DNA of 61,664 nucleotides, filler included, from Dugesia japonica (lineage: Eukaryota): the NCBI GenBank assembly GCA_001938525.1. It is 6 parts of 6 records of this genome, joined end to end, with 100 filler letters (N's around TTAATTAATTAA, not from the genome) between each part and the next. Parts side by side here need not be neighbours in the genome. Positions count along the whole stretch, not along the records: positions 39,190 to 53,224 come from MQRL01602736.1; positions 53,325 to 61,664 come from MQRL01291606.1; 4 more parts are not named here. The stretch is one strand, 5' to 3'. Under the pieces are notes generated by a model. The model was not told the origin of the DNA. It searched no databases and saw nothing but the letters and a program-made list of their open reading frames with translations. Below are positions 50,156 to 61,664 of this stretch, one piece after another. Each line of letters starts with the position of its first letter. The first letter of the stretch is position 1. A program made the translations under genes and the position numbers.

Positions 50156-51225
50156 TAAAATTCATAGGCACGTGATTTTCAGTGTATCTGTGTTGCATCT
50201 GAGTTGAAAACCTATTGCATTTATTTAAAAAATTTGAAATGGCGGCTATATTAAGTTTTCAAAAATCAAAAAGGCGGCTATTTTGAGTTGAAAAAAAATT
50301 CTCAGCATTGTGATTTTCAGTGTAAGTGTGTTGCATCTGAGTTGCATACCTATTGCATTTATTAATAAAAATTCCCAGGCACGTGATTTTCAGTGTATGT
50401 GTGTTGCATTCTTGTGGCATTTGACTTGCATTCCTATTGCATTATAAAAAATCAGTAAAAATTCCCAGGCACGTGTTGCTGTATTGCCTTCATGTTGCAC
50501 TCAGTATTAAAATATGGAGGTGGTCTTGATATTTTTTTATATTATTGCAAGATATTGGACTGTCTATAATACGTCTAACAAAAAACTTCAAAAAGGGGAG
50601 TCTTTATGATATTTACATGATATAAATATATCTAGCAAAAAAACCTCAAAAAGGGGAGTCTTTGTAATATTTCCATGATACAATATTCAAATTAAAACTT
50701 TTCGTTAAAAAATGATAAAAAAAACATAAGTCATGCAATTTTTCTATAAAAAACATGCAATTTTTAATAAAAAGTCTCATTAGTGTTGCAATTTTTAATA
50801 AAAATTCTCATTGACGATGCAATTTTAAATAAAATACCACATAACCGTTGCAATTTTTAATAAAAAATTATACTACCTATGTAATTTTTAATACAAATCC
50901 CAATACCAATGTAATTTTTAATAAAAAATCTCATTACTTATGCAATTTTTATTAAATAATCTCATTACCGATGCAATTTTTAATGAAAAATCTCATTGAC
51001 AATGCAATTTTAAATAATAAACCACATCAGTTTTACGATTTTTAATAAAAGATCTCATTAGCGATGCAATTTTCCATTAAAAAACATAATGACAATGCAA
51101 TTTTCCAAAATAAAACATATTGGTGATGCATTGTTCTTATAAAAAACATATTAGTGATACAATTTGACCATAAAAACATATTACTAGTGACAATGTTTCT
51201 ATAAAAAATATATTACTAGTGACAA
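50156..51225. repeat. Three adjacent repeat arrays (~70-bp unit x4, ~60-bp unit x2, ~31-bp unit over about 500 bp)
   Basis: GGCACGTGATTTTCAGTGTA..GTTGCAT; AAAAAGGGGAGTCTTT; TGCAATTTTTAATAAAAA.CTCATTA. Confidence 0.85.
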
Positions 51226-51239
51226 TCAATTCCAGGTTG

Positions 51240-52050
51240 TGTTACGCAATTAAGATTTTTTTGGGACTAATTAATATCGTCGATTTATCAAGCAACTATT
51301 ACTACGCCACTATATGCAATGATATCAGGAAATTAAAAATTGATGCAGTTTTCCGAAGAGACTGAAAGTAGTTTCCAAAAGCTAAAGCATGAATTAACTA
51401 CAGCACCAATATTAGCATTTCCTGATCCATGAAAAGAAATGATTCTAGAGACTGATGCAAAATTTAGAGCTATTGGAGCTGTTTGAACCAAAAGGATACC
51501 AAAGTTGATGAAAAAGTTATTGGTTTGACGTCGAGTTTTAAATTCTCATGAGAATTATTGTAACCAGAAAAAAACTTTTGGCTATTCATGAATTTTTTAT
51601 GCATTTAAGTTTAAAATAAGAACTGACCATAAATATTTGACTTATATGAAAAAACAAATAAACCAATTAGTCCACAGTTTCAGACTTGGTTTGCTAATCT
51701 TTCTGGATTTATATTTGATTTAGAATATCGAAAAGAAACTGATCACAGTAATGCTGACGGGCTTTTCAGATTAAATGAAACTCTGTGTACTCAATGCTTA
51801 ACAAAACACCATGATAGTAAAGTGACTAAATAGAAAATTTGATTTATAAACCGTTTAAACGAAAATGTATTTTATGACAAAAATATTGAAGAGTTGCCAA
51901 ACCAATGTGGAATACTAACATCAATATCACGATGGTTACAAGGTTTGGATAATAATGTTACTTCAAAGCAAATATTTTATAAGTTTAGATAAATTCAAAT
52001 TATTTGGGAACATTGTCATTAAAGATGAACAAGAAAAGAAACTAACCGTT
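51240..52050 (+). mobile_element. Gypsy RNase H fragment
   Basis: TAPILAFPD, LETDA, RTDHKYL, NADGLFRL; cut at 52050 by an AGTAGT terminus. Confidence 0.88.
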
Positions 52051-52200
52051 AGTAGTGAGACATGTCCGCATGACCCCATGGTGCAGAGTGTGTAAACCCA
52101 CCCCTTTTATTCGAGAATTTTTTTTTCGATTTTTTATTAATTTTTTTTCAATTTTTTTTTCAATTTTTTTTTCGTTATTTTTTTGATTTTTTTTCCTGAG
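52051..52200. mobile_element. Left terminus of a Maverick-type element (AGTAGTGAGACATGTCC)
   Basis: Starts exactly where Gypsy coding ends; matches 39366-39382. Confidence 0.6.
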
Positions 52201-53324
52201 TAGCACTATCAGGTAGAGAATTATAAAGTAAGATAGGAATGTTTAATAAACTTGTATCGTAAAATAATTCCTTCTTCATTAAAAACGCATTCAAAAAACT
52301 TAATTGTTTTGATTACGTAATAGATTACGTAATCAATTTTTGAAAAATTTGCAGTTTTTTGTTCGTATTGTCAATAATATCTATCGGTCAATCGCAAATT
52401 TAGTATCAGTAGACTCTTCAAAAGTTATTGAATATTTAAATTTAAAACCACCGCCATTTTGAAAGATATTGACTCGAAATTTGTGGCAATTTTCCTAAAG
52501 TTAAAAACTACCTATACATCACCTAAAGTAACTGTATCGAAAGCTGCTTCAATTCAGAATAAAAGGTATGTCAGCATGACCCCACCCCCCCACCCGACGA
52601 CAGCTGATTATGTTAGTAAGATAAAAATGTCTTATGAACCTGTATCCTAAAATGCTTCCTTCCGATCGAAAAACGGGAACAAAGGAAGTTTGTTTTTTCG
52701 GCATAGGGTCAAATAGAAACATGATATCGCGTCCAACTTCATTTTATACTACGCGTAATTTCATGTCCGTCAATTTGGTATATGAAATATTTTTATGTCA
52801 CATCATCATAAAAATTATTAAACAAAGAAATTTCATAAAGCAAGATTAATGCAGCCATTTTTAACTTTTTAAATTTTATTCTTGTGTTGGGTTTTTAGGA
52901 TTTTTATTTTTAACTTAAAAATTCTTTTCATTCTCATTCACTTTTAATAAATTATCACCTGGTCTAGGGGCAACCTAAAAACCTCAAGCGTTTGCATCAC
53001 CTCTGTGATGTGCCCCTCTCTTTTCTCTGGTTCAGCGCGACTTTGCGGTATCGCGTCTTATTTGCAGGATTACTGAACCCCATAGTAATAAATCTCTGTT
53101 TGCTCAGTGTTAGATTATCTTTTGTCTATAATTTCATCCTTATCAAATATCATTTAGTGAACACACAACAAAAAAAATTGAGAACAATCCATTTTCAATT
53201 AACCACATTTATTTAAATTGATACNNNNNNNNNNNNNNNNNNNNNNNNNNNNNNNNNNNNNNNNNNNNTTAATTAATTAANNNNNNNNNNNNNNNNNNNN
53301 NNNNNNNNNNNNNNNNNNNNNNNN

Positions 53325-53820
53325 TCATCGTTATTCCAGTCATAACATTTAATTCGTTCAACAAACTCATAACTATTTTTCAAATGTGCTGGAAAAAAAT
53401 TCTATAATGGTCTCAAATAATCTGCCATAAGTTTGTATAATGATGTTGATGGAGTATCAGAAGCATTGACAATAGGTGTTCCTTTCATTGTTGTTTTATG
53501 ATCTTTATGAACACAGTACATAGAGGATGGAACTGGTTCATGACATTTAACTGCTAAAAATAACAATTTTATTCGGTCTTCATATTTCTCTCTGCAATTT
53601 TAGTGAATTCTTTATTAAATTTAATCTCTTCAGTAATTGGTAGTCTTTTATGGATGATGGTCTCATAATTATTCAGATGTTTAGAGAAAATGATTATAGA
53701 AAATTTAAAAATATTAGCAATCTCAACAAAAAAAAGAAATTTAGAACTCTACTTTCTGAAAAAACTAAAACAGAAGAAAAAATTTAAATGTAAACAATTC
53801 TACACTCAGATGTTAGTGAA
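53325..53820 (-). mobile_element. Penelope-like RT fragment with an inverted N-terminal piece (53680-53820, plus strand)
   Basis: PVPSSMYCVHKDHKTTMKGTPIVNASDTP..HLKNSYEF; inverted piece RTLLSEKTKTE matches ORF 45989-46354. Confidence 0.8.
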
Positions 53821-55264
53821 AACCTTTGCTCGAAGGTGATTAAATGCTCATAGATTAAATAGATACTCGAAAATAAATTAACGAAATATGTTAAATTAAA
53901 GCTTTCTCTCGTCTCAAATGAATCCAAGTGGCTAGTTGGAATCGTTAAACGAGGAAATGCAAAAGAGAAAACGATTTTCTCTCTAATGCAGCCTAATAAT
54001 GATCTTGAACAGTAATTCACTTGTACCACAAATCGGAGGAAGCTGATCATGCACTATTAGGTGTTAAAGTGTGAGTTAGTCCCTAAATGTTTATGTATCT
54101 TCCTTCCTATTTAAAGGTATGAAATGCAACACCGAGATTATCAAGTTGCACTCGAATTAATTTCAATTGAAAACATGAATCTACAGGTTCAATCGTTATA
54201 CATTTTTCTATCAATCAGACCATAGGTGTTTATTTGGATACAAGACTGGATTATCGACAATCTTTGTATTATATCTATGGTCACCAATAAATATTTCAAA
54301 CATTATTTAATTTTTTTAAATTTTCGACATGCATAAGAAAAATGCGACTATTGTGGGAAAATATTGATCAATTCCATAGCTTCTATCCCTCTATAGTTAA
54401 TAAACCTTAAGTAAATCGGTGCGCGCTTGCATTGCTTGAGAAAGTCACCGATGCTGCCGAGAAAATCAGTCTATGGACGACCAGGTAATGATACATTCCA
54501 GCACAGTTAGAAGGATCAAGAGTTAAATCGAAAATAACAACTAACTATACCCAAACAATAATAAAAAATAATAATAATAATAATTAAATTAATAAATAAA
54601 TGAAAAAATAAAGTAAATAAAAATTTATAAACTAATAATTAAAACAAATATAAATAAATATAAAGCCCACTGAAATGAAAAAAGGTCCAGTGCCCTACTA
54701 TCTATCTACTTCTCAGTTAATAGTCAAAATAATCAACTTTTAGTAGTTTATGTAGATATGGGCATATTTTGTTTGAATTCATCCTAAAAGTATGAAATTG
54801 ATTTGCATATATAATATTTGATAAATAAGATCTTTTAATTCTTTATTCAGTAATTCTGAATTTCAATATGTACATTATTTACTAAAGGGGATGGTATTAT
54901 TTCAATAATGCGTGTCTGCGAAAATTTAGGAATGTTGTGTTTGTATAAAATTAAATCATCAACTACCTACGACAATAATTGTATTCACAAAATATTTCTT
55001 TCACCCCAGAAAAAATAAATCAAGCCATAAATCAATGGTATATTGTGCGATGGCCTCAGCCTTAAACATCTCAAGATAAAATATCCGATCGTTTCCAAAG
55101 CGAAGTGGCCTCTTTTACATGGGTATTCGAATGTTTACAAATGACTCAAAACAGCTCGTAATTTATTTTACCTATTAAATAGTACATAAGAAGTTAAAAT
55201 AAAACGAGCTCATTTATTTTCATATTTATTTATTTTTTAAAAATGATTTTTTTTAGAAATAATA

Positions 55265-56040
55265 ACGCATTAAACGTTTCAAATTATAGATTATTTACAT
55301 TACAAATTACATTGATGCAAACACTACATTAAGAGCAGAATGTAATAAAAAGCTTAAGAAAAAATATTACAAACTACATAACAACAGTTTGTATGGTAAA
55401 TCAGTTGAGCACTTGAAGAAATTGATGGATTTATGATTATGCAATACAAGCCAAAAGCTGTTAACATATACAATGAATAAGAGTCAGTTTGTTTAGATCG
55501 CCCAAGCTATATTGGTAAAAATTGTACTGGGGTTGATCAAATTACAGTTGTACCAGCTAAAGTACATCGAGCTCTAGAAGTACTGAGCTTTTATAAGAAA
55601 ACTACAAAATTAATATTCTAGCTGCCAATACTAACAGCTTTTTTCTAGAATTGATAGATATAAGCCTAGAAAATCTTACCGGATTAATAAAGAACGATGG
55701 ATTACTAGATACATCTAATTACAGTAAAGATCATTTTCTCTACAGTAATCACATGAATTCCGTAATTGGAAAGTTCACAGATAAGAATAAAGGAAACAAG
55801 TATCTAGAATGGATATTTTTAAGATCAAAGTGTTACAGTCTGCTGAACGAGAAAAAATATTGAAAGCAAAAGGTGTAATACTGAAAAATAGCAACATCAA
55901 CCATCAGATATATGTTGACTGCTATAATAAGAATGAAAAAATATCAGTCAAACAATTCAAAATTGTTTCGAAAAATCACCAACTGTTTAGTACAAGATCA
56001 TAGTAAATAGCATTAAGTAACAGTGATGATAAGGTGTACT
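55265..56040 (+). pseudogene. Protein-primed DNA polymerase B (Maverick), C-terminal part
   Basis: NYIDANTTLR, KLHNNSLYGKS, DTSNYSKDHFLYS, GKFTD, LRSKCYS, KAKGV, ALSNSDDK. Confidence 0.9.
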
Positions 56041-56924
56041 GAATCAAAGCATTAAATTACATATATAACAAAATTTTGTAACATGATTACATCAATCATG
56101 TTACACATAAAGACTGCCCGAACTAAAATATCAAGACTGTCTGAACTTTTATATATAAGAATCTCGCCCCTCTTCCGTCATCATTTTTAAAAATTCATAA
56201 ATGCGCATCCACACCTCAGAAAAATTGAAAACGTACTTTTTCATATCATGCAAAATTTTTTCGCGTACCCATACTACTTACAAACCAAAATATTTTATCC
56301 TCCAAAAAACAAATTAATAATCCACCAGAACACCTTTAAACCGGTATCGTCACATGTTTCAACATCTCTCTTTCCGACAACATCAAATTATTTTAAATCC
56401 GACACATAATCACAACACCAGTCCGATTTTAAGTGAAGTGCGCGATAACTAATCGCTCTGGTGTCATGCTGAAATAATGTCTGTAATCCTCAGGCGCATT
56501 TTATACTTTAAGTCCTTTAGGCAATGTCGAATTCGAGAGCTTGATCAAATCCATATTCAAAATACACACACGCAGAAAATTTTAGTCAAATTTCAAATTT
56601 TTATATCTTTACTCATACGCAACACATACACAAAAAATATGATAACACACACACACTTTCTGCGTACACACATACGCAATACCCTTTTTAAAAAATCTTT
56701 CTGAAAAAGAAACAATGAATTTAGAAAAATTAAAAAAAATTCTCCTATGAATTAAAACAAAAAAATAAAAATTAAAAGAAATTAAAATTTAAAAAAAATA
56801 AAAATTCTTGATTCAATCAAAAATCTTAAAATCAAAATCAGCTCAAACCAAGTTAGACACCACATATAATTTATTTTCACTAGGGAAGAGGGGGGTGGTC
56901 TCATGCTGACACATCTACCTACAC

Positions 56925-57530
56925 TTCTCGATATTTTCGATAAAAACAATGACCTAAATCTTCAGCTATACGAGTTTAATTCAAACATTTTAAAAACACG
57001 TGAGAAAGTAAATGCATTCAATAAGAAAATACTGTTTTAGAAGAAAAATGTCTTATGCGGAAATTTTGCATCACTTAGACAGCTTATTAATTTTGTTCAA
57101 GAAAACGAAATTACTTTAAGTGAAAGTTTTAAAACCACAATAGTTACACATTTGAAAAATTTGGAATCAAACTTCGAACCATATTTTTCTAGTTTGTATG
57201 AAGATGAATACAAGCTTTGGATTTTAGATCCATTCAATGATAATTTTATTGAACAAGCCGGAATTTCAGATGTTATGAAAGAAAAACTAATTGAGCTTTC
57301 TGTCTATACCACAGTAAAGCTGGAAGAAAATGTTTCAGCGTTTTGGAAGAAACCAAAAATGAATATCATGATTTAAGAAATATTTCTCTAATAGAACTTT
57401 TGCCATTTCCCAGTATATATTTTTGTGAAGTTAGGTTTTTCTGTGTTAACTGAATTACGAAACAAAAAAGAAATAGATTGTGTCCCGAAAAAAATAATCT
57501 TTGCATGCAGCAACATCAAGCCAAGGATAG
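56925..57530 (+). mobile_element. hAT (Buster/Charlie) transposase C-terminal remnant
   Basis: DIF.K.NDLNLQL, WILDPF, LIELS, FW, LLPFPSIYFCEV. Confidence 0.85.
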
Positions 57531-57638
57531 ACATTTTTAGTTATAAATCAAAAAAATAAATAAAGGGTACTGTACCCAAAAAAGTCGATGATTTACTTAA
57601 AGCTTTGTTAACAAGTATCGTGTTGTTTCTAAAGAGAA

Positions 57639-57836
57639 TATATACTTGAGGTTGAAATTGAAACTCCTATTGAATTACATGATATTTTGAGTGATCATCC
57701 TGTAGCTGCTGAACACCAAAATTCAAAGGTGAAAAACTTGCTGCTAATAAATCACACTAAGAATAATTATGTCGTATATTGAAGATTGTTAAAAATATAC
57801 TTACAATTAGATGTTAAAATTAATAAAGTTCATATT
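57639..57836 (+). pseudogene. Protein-primed DNA polymerase B fragment (middle part)
   Basis: YILEVEIETPIELHDILSDHPVAAE..KNNYVVY*RLLKIYLQLDVKINKVH. Confidence 0.85.
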
Positions 57837-58329
57837 TTCTACCAAATTTCCGTGAAAAAATTGAATTATTTTTAAAAAACTTGAAAATTTAAACTTTTCT
57901 GATGGATTTTCGTAAAAATTTGACCAATTCCGTAAAAACTGTATGAAAAAAACCCAAGTCTTTTATTCCCATTACACAATAGTTACAAAATCCTATCGCC
58001 ACCTAAAATGCCTGAAAACTCATGCTACATTATACAATTATGTAATAATTCACAAAAATTATTCCCAACTAAAGAGCCTAGAACAGTTAATCCTCTAATG
58101 TAATCCTGAGTGGAAGTGGCCTGGTGCGCCACTATCTAACTACTAATACTAAAAACAGATTTTATTAAAATAGACGCATGATTTATAATTTAAGAAAAGT
58201 ATTTGTATGGAAGGTGGAATTATTTCTGTTGGTTATTTTAAACATCATATCAGAAATATAATATGAAATATTGTATCAATGTTTTTATATACTAAATGTT
58301 AAAAATGTTTTATTAATATTATTTATTTA

Positions 58330-58652
58330 ATTTTATTTTACCAATGCAAAAATAAGGGACAAACCTTTTTATTATTAGTAGAACATTTTTATTCAAAGTT
58401 AACTTTAAATATTCAAATAAACAGAAAAACGAATTATATACTTATTTTAAACACCTGTGTTAAAATTTTTTTGACATTGATATTTAAAAGTGCTGTTCAC
58501 AATAAAAAAAATTGCATAGTCGCTACACTTACTGGGACTTTAAGGGAAGTATGGCGAGAACAAGGGACAAATTGTGTTCCTTTAAAAAATTTAATTAATG
58601 CCATACTCAAATAAAGGACTGTCCCTTAAAAAAGGGACGGATGGGTAGCGTG
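58330..58652. mobile_element. hAT-Blackjack-like MITE end
   Basis: Repeated GGGAC subterminal motifs ending GGGACGGATGGGTAGCGTG. Confidence 0.5.
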
Positions 58653-59319
58653 TGCATAATACAACATTAAATATCTTGTTTTAATTTTTGTATAGCAAAA
58701 AATTATGGCTATTATTAATTGTAATAAAATATAATTAGGAATATGCTATATAACTGCTGAGGATCTCAGTTTTTGCTTAAAATTAAATTCAATTGTAATA
58801 AGAGAATAAAATCTCTAATTGCTTAATTAATTAATGATATTAAAAAGTTTTATGTCATTCATATGGTCATACAGTGGCTTTTACGGATTACTCGATCACT
58901 GAAATTAACAATAATTATTTTACATCAAACAAACAATTTTTTTAATGAGAGAAATAACTAAATTCAATTCATCATTGGGAAATATTTAAAATAAATATGA
59001 TAATATCGATTTTACTGTATGTAATTTACAATCAATTCAGAATACACAATCAATTATTAATTATTGCAACATTATTTATTATTGTGGGTTTTAATTTAAA
59101 TCTTCTAGGAGTACGTACATCGAAGCCGGCAAAATTTTGACAGTACATCGTATACTGTTTCCATCCATCCCATGTTACTGTGGATCTTTGTGGTAATCCG
59201 TCTTTATAAATTCTTATGTGAGCTCAGATTTATCGTTCCTTCGTCAAGGAAAAATACAACTTTAATGATACGTTATTCATTTATTTTATTACAAATTTGA
59301 TCAAAGTTTAAATAAATAA

Positions 59320-61600
59320 AGTTGAATGTCTTTTAGATAAAAGCGTTCGAATTAACGTTATGAGTTTGAGCTGTTTGAATAAATGACGAGATCTGCATTT
59401 AGGAATGAACGATGAAAAATAGCCTGTGCAAACGATAGTGCACTTGAAATTGTTGGGAAAGTTAGAACTGGAGTAACAATAGATTACGTTTCCAAAGAGT
59501 TTACTTTCTTAGTTGCAGAAAGAGTGACACCAGATCTGATTAGAGGAATAGATATGCAGAAGACCTTTGAATACCAGCTTGTACAGAAAGTGAAGAGTAG
59601 AACTAATGAAAAAGTCAAAAATTACATTTGTAATATTGAAGCAAAACTTTGGAGACAAATTGAAAAGATAGAGCGATTGACAAGAGCTTTAGGTATTCTG
59701 ATTACAGACAATGAACAGTTATTGAAGATAATTGGTAATAAAGAAGATGTTATAATGACAGGAAATGGGATTTAGTACGCACACATCTGATAAAACACAA
59801 ATTAACTTCAAATGGTCAACCAATCAACGTTAAACCGTTTAGACAACCAATGAACGTAAAAGCTAAAATTGAAGGAGCTATCTAGAACCTGTTTCAGAAT
59901 AATATTATACAAAAAGGCAACTCGCCATTGAATACTCCACTGATTTGTGTTTAGAAGAAAAAAAAGAAAGACATAAGATTATGTTTGGATTTCAGTTGAT
60001 TGAATGGAGTAACAAAAAGACAAGCCTTTCCGATGCTTAACATTGATAAAATGCTGGACAGGGTAAATTGAGCAAAATATTTCAGTTCAATAAATTTGAG
60101 AAATGCGTATTATCAGGTAGAACTCGAAGAAAAATCTCAAAAAACGGCATTTTCAGCAAAGCACGGACCATATTGTTTTAATAGAATGCCTTTCGGGATC
60201 GCAGTGGCACCGGGAACATTTCAGCAGATGACAGTAGCAGATCAAGCAACAAGAAGCTAGAATGAACAGCTGAAATAAACGATAATTTTGAGGATTTGAA
60301 CAAATCTCTAATGACTGCACTAATATTGTGTTTTCCAGATGTAAACAGAGAATTTATATTAGATACAGATGCCAGTTCCAATACAATTAGAGCAGTATTG
60401 TCACAGGAAGATAAAAAAATGTAGAGAAAGAGTTGTTGCCTATAGATTACACTCAATAACAGGTCATTAAAAGTGATATTGCATCACGCAAAAATAGCTA
60501 TTATATCTGCATGCATTTCAAACATTACTTGTACGGTAGAAGATTTACTCTAAGAATAGATCCTAAAGCCTTAATTTTTATGATGACGACAAAGAAAACA
60601 ATTACGTCACAATTCCAGACTTGGATTAATTATCTGAGTAGTCTAGACATGATGTTGAAATATAGAAATGGAATTCATCATGGCAATGCAGATATGTTAT
60701 CTAAACCAAGATGTGAAATATGTGTACAATGCCAAATTTTACATGAAAATGCCAAGAGAAGGAAAATTCAAACAAGAGTAATGAACGCAATTGAAAAGGA
60801 ATAGAAGGATCTATTAAACATAATCAAGAAAATTTAAATTTCGGATGACAAAATACGTGGAACAATAGAAGCAATACACAATTTATTATATCATGCAGAA
60901 GTTAAGAAGGTGTACGAATATAATGGAGACAAATACATTGCAAAGAATTTGTGTAGTCAAATACAGAAGATAGTTCGTAGTTGTGAAATTTTTCAAAAGC
61001 CCCAAGTAGTGATAACCAAAACTTAAGAGAATACAAAGAGACTGGAAGCTAGCAATTTGTTTGAGATCATATTCACAGATATATTTGGGTCATTGCGGGA
61101 AACAAGTGGACGGAAAAAATACATACTCGGAACAATATACCAGTTCAGTAGATATCTGGGTCTTATAGCACTACCTAAACAAGACGAAGAAACAATACGA
61201 AAAGTTATTTTTGAGCAGTGGATTTTGAGATTTAGATGTCCTAGAAATATAAAGATAGATTGTGGGAAGTCCTTTGAATCGAGAGTTGAGAAAGTTTACA
61301 CAGAAGTTAGACATGAAACAGTGCTTTTTGACTCCTTATTATCACATTGCAAACGGACAAATTGAGAGACAGTTCAGAACAATTCGTGATTTAATTATTG
61401 TAGCACTTTAGGAGAAAAAGACAACCGATTGGGCAGATCGATAATTTAAAGTGCGTGATTTTGTACTCATCAAGATAGAAACAAGAAGTAAAAGCTAAGA
61501 CAGCTTTGAAGCCCTTTTTCGAATAATTGAGAAAATTCGCAAAAGGCGGTAGGCAATACAAGGAGAAAATGTAAAGAGGTTAGAGAGAAATGTGGAAAAC
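59320..61600 (+). mobile_element. Gypsy pol (protease, partly deleted RT, RNase H, integrase), degenerate
   Basis: CLLDKS, RLCLDF, MPFGIAVAPGTFQ, LDTDAS, NADMLSKPRC, FTDIFG, DCGKSFES, ANGQIERQF. Confidence 0.93.
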
Positions 61601-61664
61601 TTAGAAAGTTCTTAAAAACCTGGATATAAGGAAAAATTAAAAAATGATTAAAAAATTTCAACCA

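Noticed and set aside
50730-51225. 31-bp periodic array looking CRISPR-like
   Set aside because: Whole units are similar with no unique spacers, no cas genes, eukaryotic context
53880-54290. Possible LINE RT remnant on the minus strand
   Set aside because: Only faint motifs (SRSLLGCIR, GLTHTL); too decayed to call

Overview
Very AT-rich eukaryotic (animal) repeat DNA, not prokaryotic. The window is six unrelated contigs joined by 100-bp artificial spacers (44 N + TTAATTAATTAA + 44 N; cores at 9606, 21076, 29997, 39134, 53269), so adjacency means nothing across those points. Nearly everything readable is a decayed transposable element: several Ty3/Gypsy LTR retrotransposons, Maverick/Polinton remnants (capsid, packaging ATPase, integrase tail, protein-primed PolB, AGTAGT termini), Penelope-like elements with minimal hammerhead ribozymes, and hAT, piggyBac, mariner/Tc1, Merlin and MULE DNA transposons, some nested with recognisable TSDs. 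No intact host gene was recognised. The AT richness, a 46-nt intron and cargo-carrying Gypsy elements are compatible with a planarian flatworm (inference). The most interesting signal is two related Gypsy elements with different cargo after the integrase. One carries a TRAF-type MATH domain plus a coiled-coil ORF upstream of its PPT and 3' LTR (17490-19075). The other carries a signal-peptide/mucin-like/TM polyprotein fused in frame to the integrase tail (1-2096). All family calls come from manual translation and motif recognition; no database searches were run.
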